From assembly GCF_009914755.1 (NCBI RefSeq), contig NC_060929.1: a DNA stretch of 64,000 nucleotides. One strand, 5' to 3'. How positions within the stretch are numbered: position 1 is the stretch's first letter; every line of letters starts with the position of its first letter. Both the position numbers and the translations under genes were made by a program. Below, piece after piece: positions 50,754 through 64,000 of this stretch. The notes below the pieces were generated by a model. The model ran no database searches. It had not been told where the DNA came from and worked only from the letters and a program-made list of their open reading frames with translations. The DNA is from the human T2T-CHM13v2.0 reference genome, Homo sapiens.

Positions 50754-52373
50754 AACAAAGGGAAGAACATTTTATGCTCATGGATAGGAAGAATCAATAT
50801 CATGAAAATGGCCATATTGCCCAAGGTAATTTATAGATTCAATGCCATCCCCATCAAGCTACTGATGACTTTTTTCACAGAATGGGAAAAAACTACTTTA
50901 AAGTTCAAAAAAGAGCCCACATTGCCAAGACAATCCTAAGCCAAAAGAACAAAGCTGGAGGCATCACGCTACCTGACTTCAAACTATACTGCAAGGCTAC
51001 AGTAAGCAAAACACAGATATAGACCAATGGAACAGAACAGAGCCCTCAGAAATAATACCACACATCTACAACCATCTGATCTTTGACAAACCTGACAAAA
51101 ACAAGAAATGGGGAAACGATTCCCTATTTAATAAATGGTGCTTGGAAAACTGCCTAGCCATATGTAGAAAGCTGAAACTGGATCCCTTCCTTACATCTTA
51201 TACAAAAATTAATTCAAGATGGATTAAAGACTTAAATGTTAGAACTAAAACCATAAAAACCCTAGAAGAAAACCTAGGCAATACCATTCAGGACATAGGC
51301 ATGGGCAAGGACTTCATGTCTAAAACACCAAAAGCAATGGCAACAGAAGCCAAAATTGACAAATGGGATCTAATTAAACTAAAGAGCTTCTGCATAGCAA
51401 AAGAAACTACCATCAGAATGAACAGGCAACCTACAGAATGGGAGAAAATTTTGGCAATCTGTCCATCTGACAAAAGGCTAATATCCAGAATCTATGAAGA
51501 ACTTAAACAAATTTACAAGAAAAAGTCAACCCCATTAAAAAGTGGGCAAAGTATATGAACAGACACTTCTCAAAAGAATACATTTATGCAGCCAACAGAC
51601 ACATGAAAAAAATGCTCATCATCACTGGCCATCAGAGAAATGCAAATCAAAACCACAATGAGGTACCATCTCATGCCAGTTAGAATGGTGATCATTAAAA
51701 AGTCAGGAAACAACAGGTGCTGGAGAGGATGTGGAGAAATAGGAACACTTTTACACTGTTGGTGGGACTGTAAACTAGTTCAACCATTGTGGAAGGCAGT
51801 GTGGCGATTCCTCAAGGATCTAGAACTAGAAATACCATTTGACCCAGCCGTCCCATTACTGGGTATATACCCAAACTATTACAAATCATGCTGCTATAAA
51901 GAAACATGCACAGGTATGTTTATTGCGGCACTATTCACAATAGCAAAGACTTGGAACCAATCCAAATGTCCATCAATGATAGACTGGATTAGGAAAATGT
52001 GGCACATATACACCATGGAATACTATGCAGCCATAAAAAAGGATGAGTTCATGTCCTTTGTAGGGGACATGGATGAAGCTGGAAACCATCATTCTGAGCA
52101 AACTATAGCAAGGACAGAAAACCAAACACCACATGTTCTCACTCATAGGTGGGAGTTGAACAATGAGAACACTTGGACACAGGGTGGGGAACATCACACA
52201 CTGGGGCCTGTCATGGGGTGGGAGGAGGGGGGAGGGATAGCATTAGGAAAAATACCTAATGTAAATGATGAGTTGATGGGTGTAGCACACCAACATGGCA
52301 CATGTATACATATGTAACAAACCTGCACATTGTGCATATGTACCCTAGAACTTAAACTATAATTTTAAAAAAA
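50754..52373 (+). mobile_element. 5'-truncated L1PA5/6-like
   Basis: ORF2 C-terminal frames ([47 protein letters not shown]); 3'UTR; 16-bp TSD agaaatgtatgcaact at 50738-50753 and 52374-52389. Confidence 0.95.
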
Positions 52374-52509
52374 AGAAATGTATGCAACTTCAAATAAAAC
52401 AAGAACATTTAATTCTGAGTTCATGTAACAATGTTAATGCTCAATGTTTTCACATTTTAGTGAATAAAAATTTTCCTTCAAAACTGTAAAACAATTTAAA
52501 TTTACATAC

Positions 52510-54130
<1,621 letters not shown>

Positions 54131-54344
54131 ATTACACACATGTTATTGAGCAAACGTTGAACGGAGGGACACTGGATTTTTACTCAGGTTTCTATAGGTG
54201 ATTAAGATTCACTAGCAAGGTAAACAAAGTATAAAGATATATTAGAAATTTTCTTAGTGTCTTCAAAACTAGCTTTAATGGGATAAGAACTCACTCCAGA
54301 AAACATAGCATTGGCAAGTCAAGTTTCAAAAATATGACACCAAA

Positions 54345-54670
54345 AACATTCAAGCTGAGATCCAAATAAGAAATGCAATCTCATTTACAATAACCACAAC
54401 TAGAATAAAATACCTAAGAATACAACTAACCAACGGGGTGAAATGTCTCTATGAGGAGAATTACACACAGCACAACTGAAGGAAATAACAGGTGACACAA
54501 ATAAATTGAAAAACATACCATGCTTATGGATTGGAAGAATCAACGTCATTAAAATGGCCATATTGCCCAAAGCATTTTAAAGATTCAGTGCTATTCCTAT
54601 GAAACTACCAATGCCATTTTTTACAGAATTAGAGAAACAATTCTAAAATTCACAAAGAATTGAATACCCC
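54345..54670 (+). mobile_element. L1 ORF2 internal fragment
   Basis: aaaatacctaagaatacaactaacc, ccatgcttatggattggaagaatcaa, aaaatggccatattgcccaaagca. Confidence 0.85.
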
Positions 54671-57585
54671 AAAATGAAAACATGAGTACAAGGAAATTTT
54701 CTGTGTGGAACAGTGGCATCACCAGCAGTAGGAATTTGAGACCCATCTCAATCTTGGTCATGAAATCAACCAGAACATGCCAATATCAAGGGAAATGTTC
54801 TATTCTTAGAAATGTTTCCACTGACCTGTTTGCAAATATCTTCTTTTTTTTCACAAATATGTTTATTGCAGCATTATATATATGTAATAGTATAAAAATG
54901 AAAAAGTATAAATATGTATCCTATATGGGTGACATAATATTTTCCTCTACAGATTTCCATACAGAGGTTGCAAACCAAAAAATGTAACTTGTATAATAAA
55001 ATTTTTAATCTTTGGAAGTACCTAGATGTTCCCTTGGAAGATTCCATGCCCATCTGACAAATAATTAAACAGTTTAATTTTTATCAATTGTTTAAATTTT
55101 TATTTTATTTATACTTGCAACACTATTTGAGGATGGTGGCAATAGCAGTAGAAGTAACAGCTCTGTTTTCAATTCTAAGTGGCTTTATTCTACATTGTTT
55201 TCTAAAACATTCTTTCTTTTATCTACTAAATCATGAACATATTCTCATGTAAATACACACATACAAACACCGTTTCCTCCTACATATTAATATCCCTTTT
55301 CACTCTCTATTCTATCATGTATTTGTGTGTGTGTGTCTGTGTGTGTTGGTATGGGTGTAATTTTCAGTATCCAAATGTTTTACATATGTATACCTTCTGA
55401 TGTGTGCTTTTGATGGATTGGGGGTGTTAAGTTGTGTTTTTATTCTCTTTTTGGAGTCTTTCTGTTTTTAGAATGCCGGCTTTTTACTCCATATTCTTTT
55501 ATTTGTTTTATTAGTAAATTAGTACATTTGTGCTGGTACCTAGTGAGAAGAATCTCTTGAATGCATTTAGTTTAATTTTATCTTTGGAATAACATGGATT
55601 TCCCTTTTGCAGCTTAATAAATAACTTGAATTATGAAGAATGTTCTTTTACACATACTAGATGCAACTACTGCTCCATGAGTGGTTTTACAGAAGCATTT
55701 CATTATGTCTGCAAACATCTTTACAATTATTGAGACACCATCTCCCAAAAAGCGCTCTTCTGCCTTTGAGTGTAAGAAGATTGGTAGTTTTGCACACTTT
55801 GCACCATATTTTTTATGTATATGCCTTTTGTTTGGGGGGGATGATACCATTTTTATGTGACTCTTAATTAGATACATTATATGTAGAAAATTGTGTGTAT
55901 ATTGCTGGCCACTTTGTGTTTCTGACAAACCATAGTAACTTGGAATTGAATCATGAAAGTTTTCAGAAGTCTCTAAGTTTTTAACCTGAAAAATCTGTAT
56001 GTAATTCTCTCAACCATAAGCTTCCAAAAAATTTAGGTTGTGTTATCTTCTAAATTTATGAAAGCTTGTTCTTCAGTAACATTTTTGTCTATGTTATTAT
56101 CCATTACTCTTTATTTTTCTCGTTTTAGTTTGTGAGTAGAACAGCCGTGACATTTATTTTCAATCCTAGTGTGAAATTCCTCGGGCCTCTCAATTAGTAC
56201 TAACTAAAAATGTGTTTTACTTATCCTCTCAAAAGTTACAGTAATGGCTAAGAAGCTAAACCAACCCATGTTCTCCTTGGAGTTTGATGCTAAACCAGCA
56301 AAGCTGATATTTTCTTGAACCCCCCTTTTTTTGACACTATTGACTATTCAAGACCATTCCAGTGACCAAGATTTCTTGTTTGTTTTTAGATGACATTTTT
56401 ATAGGTATGTTTAAAATGAGAATGTAAAATGTGTAGATGGAAGATTCTCTCTTCCTCTCGTTGATTAGCCTTCACTTTCTTGTAAATATTCTTTTTCTCA
56501 AAAGCCTGTGGGAAATCACAGGAGATATTTTTTATTGCACATGTCACATGTGCATGGTTTAACTCACAAATGTTTGAGGCATATTATGACAGCAAAGTTA
56601 TATGGCAGAGGACAAGCAAGTATATACAAAAATTGAGAAAGTAAAGATTTTTAACATGCCACATTGTGAAAATTTACGTATAGGAGGCTAGCGATGACCA
56701 GTGATACACTCCAATAGGTAGATTTCAAATTTATGAGACTATTTTGAACACATTGTTCCAAGGTTGTTCATAAGTACAGCACATTTGTTCTTCTGGAAGG
56801 TAAATCTTTTGTTATTTAATTCATGGATTAGAAAAATTGTTTGAAAATTCTATTACTTTTTAAAATTAAAAAATCAATCATAATTTTATATTCCAATCCT
56901 ATCTGAAATTGAGTTAGATCATTTCTGTATTGGTTGCTTTTTATGCATCTATTTTTTAAAGTATTTTGGAGGCAATGACCTTAACAACAGATTCTAGATT
57001 ACTTTGCCATTGTTTTCCAATTCTCAAATCCTAATCAGTCAATTGAGAGCAGGAGTCATACTTCATCTGCATTTGTAACTTGAACATATAACAAAATGGC
57101 CTATAAATATAGAATAGGTAAAAAGCAAGTAAGACAAGCAATACTTTTGCTTAATTAGAAATGTTTTTTAAAAACTTTAAGATATCCTGGAATGGTTCAA
57201 ATACTGATTCACTAATATATTGCAATCTAGAAAGATAAAACTCCTAGTGTGTTTATTCTGTTTCAGTTACTAAGACACATGGTAAAGAAATTAGTTTTAG
57301 TAAATTATCTTTTACAGGGGATATTAAGATTGTGTGATTATAGAGTGTTTTTTTTAAGAAGTACCAAATATAACTAAACTTTAAATATTTAATCATATTT
57401 TGTTCAATATCAATGTAAAATTTATTTAAATCTTACATTAAAGTTAAAAGCCATGTTAAATAAAATATTATTTATGAAAAACAATTATAATATACTATGA
57501 AACATTTGCTTTTAATTCAGCTATGCTAATTATTTTTTCCATTTTAAAATAAATATAAATCATTGTCATCATAAAATAGTTTTCA

Positions 57586-57876
57586 GCCAGGTGTGGTGGC
57601 TCACACCTGTTATCCCAGCACTTTGGGAGGCAGAGGTGAACAGATGACTTGAGATCAGGAGTTGGAGATCAGTCTGGTTAACATGATGAAACCCCATCTC
57701 TACTAGCAATACAAATATTAGCCAGGTGCAGTAGCACACCTCTGTAGTCCCAGTTACTCGGGAGGCTGGGGTGGGAGGATCACTTGGGCCTGGGAGGCAG
57801 AGGTTGCAGTGAGCTAAGTAAGATTGCACCACTATACTCCAGCCTGGCTGACATAGGAGACATTGTCTAAAAAAAA
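57586..57876 (+). mobile_element. Alu (J/old S)
   Basis: Full dimer with a short A tail. Confidence 0.9.
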
Positions 57877-57959
57877 TATATATTTTTCTCTTAAAAGTTT
57901 TATATTATATATAATTAACATAACTATTTTTTATATTTATGGGATACAGTGTGATGTTT

Positions 57960-61110
<3,151 letters not shown>

Positions 61111-61475
61111 ACCATTCTTCACACAATTAGAAAAAAGCTATTTAAAAATTCATGTGGAACTGAAAAAGGGCCCAAATAGCCCAGGCAGTCTTAAGCAAAA
61201 AGAATAAACCTGGGGGCATTATGCTACCAAAGTTCAAACCATACCACATGGCTACAGTAACCAAAACAGCATGGCAATGTTATGAAAACATGCACATAGA
61301 CTAATGAAACGGAATAAAGAACCCAGAAATAAGACCACCCACCTACATCTGAACTTCAACAAATCTGACAAAAACAATCAATGGGGAAAGAATTCCCTAT
61401 TCAATAAATGGTGCTGTGATAACTGGTTAGCCACATGCAGAATATTAATACTGGACCCATTATCTTCTTATACTA
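61111..61475 (+). mobile_element. L1 ORF2 internal fragment
   Basis: cattcttcacacaattagaaaaaa...ggctacagtaaccaaaacagcatgg...ccctattcaataaatggtgctg. Confidence 0.85.
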
Positions 61476-63202
61476 CTCCAAGAAATTATATGAATTAATT
61501 TAAAAAATCTCTATGTCATCATTTTTCATAAATATTATTTATTAGGATTATTTTCCCCTGTTGGAGGATTGTGATAGCATTAATACAATTCAATTGTTTG
61601 TGATGGATATCTGCATTTTATCTTAATGGCATACCTTATCATAATTTTAATGACATACTTTGTTTTTTAAATTTAATTTGTGTCAATTTTTCATCATTAC
61701 ACATTATGAATGTGCTTATGTTTTTAATCTCTTTTTTCCTCAACTTAATTTCTAAACAAAATCAATTTAGTAAACATAAAACAAATTTATAAAACATTTG
61801 AATATAAGCAAAAATGAAAATAACATCACAATTGCTCATTGAAAAAGATTTGTTTAATCTAGAAATAAAAATGATGTGCTAACATTTTTGGGAATATCTA
61901 TGTCATTATTATCAATGTCTGTATCTTACAGCATCTTGTTTGTACATCTATGTATTAAAGAGCCCAATAATGCCTATATATGTATTAAGTAATCATATTT
62001 ATGCATATGACAATAATTTGTTTTATGCAAACACACACAAACATATACACACTCAAATAACATACAACATAAACCACCCTTCAAAATGACAACAACCTGG
62101 TTTTCAGTTTGTTTTCAATAATCTTTGAAGAGAAAATATATTGCGATATATCCATGCTTAGTAACTTTTATTTTGAAACCTTTTATTGATAGCTTTTTAG
62201 GACATTTTAGAGAACCTGGGGAAGATTTCTTTTCAGTACTTCGGAATCACTCAATAAAAATTAATCAACTGTGATTAAATGATAATGCCATTCTGAGCTT
62301 AGTGACTGCAAAATAGATGTGTAATTAATGAGGACAAACTTCTAATAGACATCACAAAGGTAAGCAGCTATAGAAAAAGTCTAGACACCAGGATATTTTA
62401 GATTTCCTTCTACCCTCAGTCCTGACACTCAACTTTTTATCCCAATTTCTCTACTCCCCCTTATTTTTTACTCTCTTCTTCCCTTCCCTGTTAGTTTTTT
62501 GTCAGTCTCATCCAGCTCAACACCCTTGCTAAATTTTTGAAAAGTCTATTTCAGCTCTTTATTGCCTACATCCCCAACTTAGGATTTCTTCTAATCATGA
62601 TTTAGATCTCCATTAATCCCCATTTATCTTGATTTCCAATGGGCAGAGAATTTTACCTTTAAATTATTGAGTGTAAACAAATAAATTATATTACTGAGAG
62701 ATGTTTGGTTGGAGATATATCTGGAATTTTTTTTTCTGAATGTATAAAAGAGAAGAATAGTTTAGAATTATAAACAGAGTTAAGAGTAATTTATTCAATT
62801 GAAACAATACTGATACATCAACTTTTATTTACTTTCTGCTGTTATATTTCCAGCTATACATGTTACAAATATAACATACAATTCCTCCCCAGAGTGCTAA
62901 TAGGGAAATAATATATACATATACAAAGGCAGCTAATAATATTATTGGATTATCCAAATATGTATCAAATTGACTTGTGACTTTAAATGCTATAAAAGTT
63001 TAGAATAGGGTAAGAGACTACTATACATTTTTTTCCTTTTCAATCACAGTTAAATTGGAACATATTTTAGATTATCATAATACCACCTAGAGAGGCATAA
63101 TAAAAATTATTTCAAGCTCTCAGGTTTGATAAATAATTTGTATTTCATCTTCCACAGTTTCTCAGAAACTCTGTCAAATAGTGTTTGAAAATCTTGAAAT
63201 GT

Positions 63203-63415
63203 CCTATAATCCTAGTACTTTGGGAGGCCAAGGCAGGAGGATCGCTGGGCTCAGGAGTTCAAGACTAACCTGGGCAACATAGCAAGATCCTGTGTCTACT
63301 AAAAATTAAAAAATTTAGTCACACATGATGGTGCACACCTGTTGCCTCACTTACTTGGGAGGCTGAAGTTGGAAGATCGCTTGAGCCCATGAGGTCAAGG
63401 CTGCAGTGAGTTCAT
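63203..63415 (+). mobile_element. AluJ truncated at both ends
   Basis: cctataatcctagtactttgggaggcc...gaggtcaaggctgcagtgag, with no tail. Confidence 0.88.
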
Positions 63416-64000
63416 GTTGTTGAGCTTATTATTAGCCTGCATATACACTCCCATGGCAGCATTTTTCATGAAATTCTTGTGCAAGCGCCATGGTAGCTCA
63501 AAACAGAATGGTTCACTATCTTTGGTATAAGTCATCCTGTCCACTGTGAGTCAATGCTTCTCCTGCAGTAGATGCTCTTTGGTGAAAATTAACATGTGTT
63601 ATAAAGATTGTTATATATTTTGCCAACTCTCATGTGCCCACTCATTCACCATAGCCAAAATTTCCTTTAGATTAAGATCCCTTGGCATTTTTTTCTGGCC
63701 TCTCTTCCCATTGTTCCAAATCCTGGGATTAAGTTACTCCATTTACCAGCTGCTATTCTGGATTTCTACGATCTCCATTGTCACTAGGATCTATAATAAC
63801 ATCCCCTACATGAGCTGCAGATAGCTGTCACCTGAAGAGGATAGTTAGGCACTAGTGAGCATGTCTATGCTACCATTGCCTTTTTGGTAACATATTTCTT
63901 ACTATATTAATTCTATGAATGTCTTCTGGATCCTTTCAAGAAACAGAAGCATCTGTTGCCTTCTCCATTATTGTACACTTAATTTGTTTGAGCATGCTGA
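63416..64000 (-). mobile_element. ERVL-class pol (RNase H/integrase junction) remnant
   Basis: Manual minus-strand translation at ~63530-63615 gives ITIFITHVNFHQRASTAGEAL, then after a frameshift VDRMT, like ERVL pol HVNAHQRA...NQVDRMT. Confidence 0.72.

Noticed and set aside
51142-52317. 138 and 225 aa ORFs, the latter the longest in the window
   Set aside because: L1 ORF2 C-terminal fragments of a 5'-truncated copy, frameshifted into the 3'UTR; not a gene
63416-64000. Possible processed pseudogene of a cellular gene
   Set aside because: Minus-strand translation matches ERVL pol motifs instead

Overview
AT-rich, repeat-dense primate (hominoid-like) genomic DNA that looks intergenic or deep-intronic. 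I found no credible protein-coding gene, RNA gene or CRISPR array, and no convincing previously undescribed biological system. The listed ORFs are retroelement remnants, Alu/LTR-derived frames or low-complexity noise. The window is a fossil record of transposons: a decayed full-length L1 (~6.8-15.2 kb) carrying five nested insertions (AluS, young L1PA3-like, an MST LTR with an AluJ inside it, piggyBac MER75); about 14 Alus including two AluY; a complete THE1 (MaLR) element; several solo MaLR/ERV1 LTRs; ERVL remnants; and hAT DNA transposons, one retaining a readable transposase dimerisation motif. The most notable local structures are a head-to-tail pair of two different LTR12 5' halves forming a CpG island with an adjacent splice donor (48.85-49.97 kb), a fold-back palindrome at an L1 5' junction, and several small tandem or templated duplications. 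Subfamily names come from my recall of consensus sequences and need RepeatMasker/Dfam confirmation.
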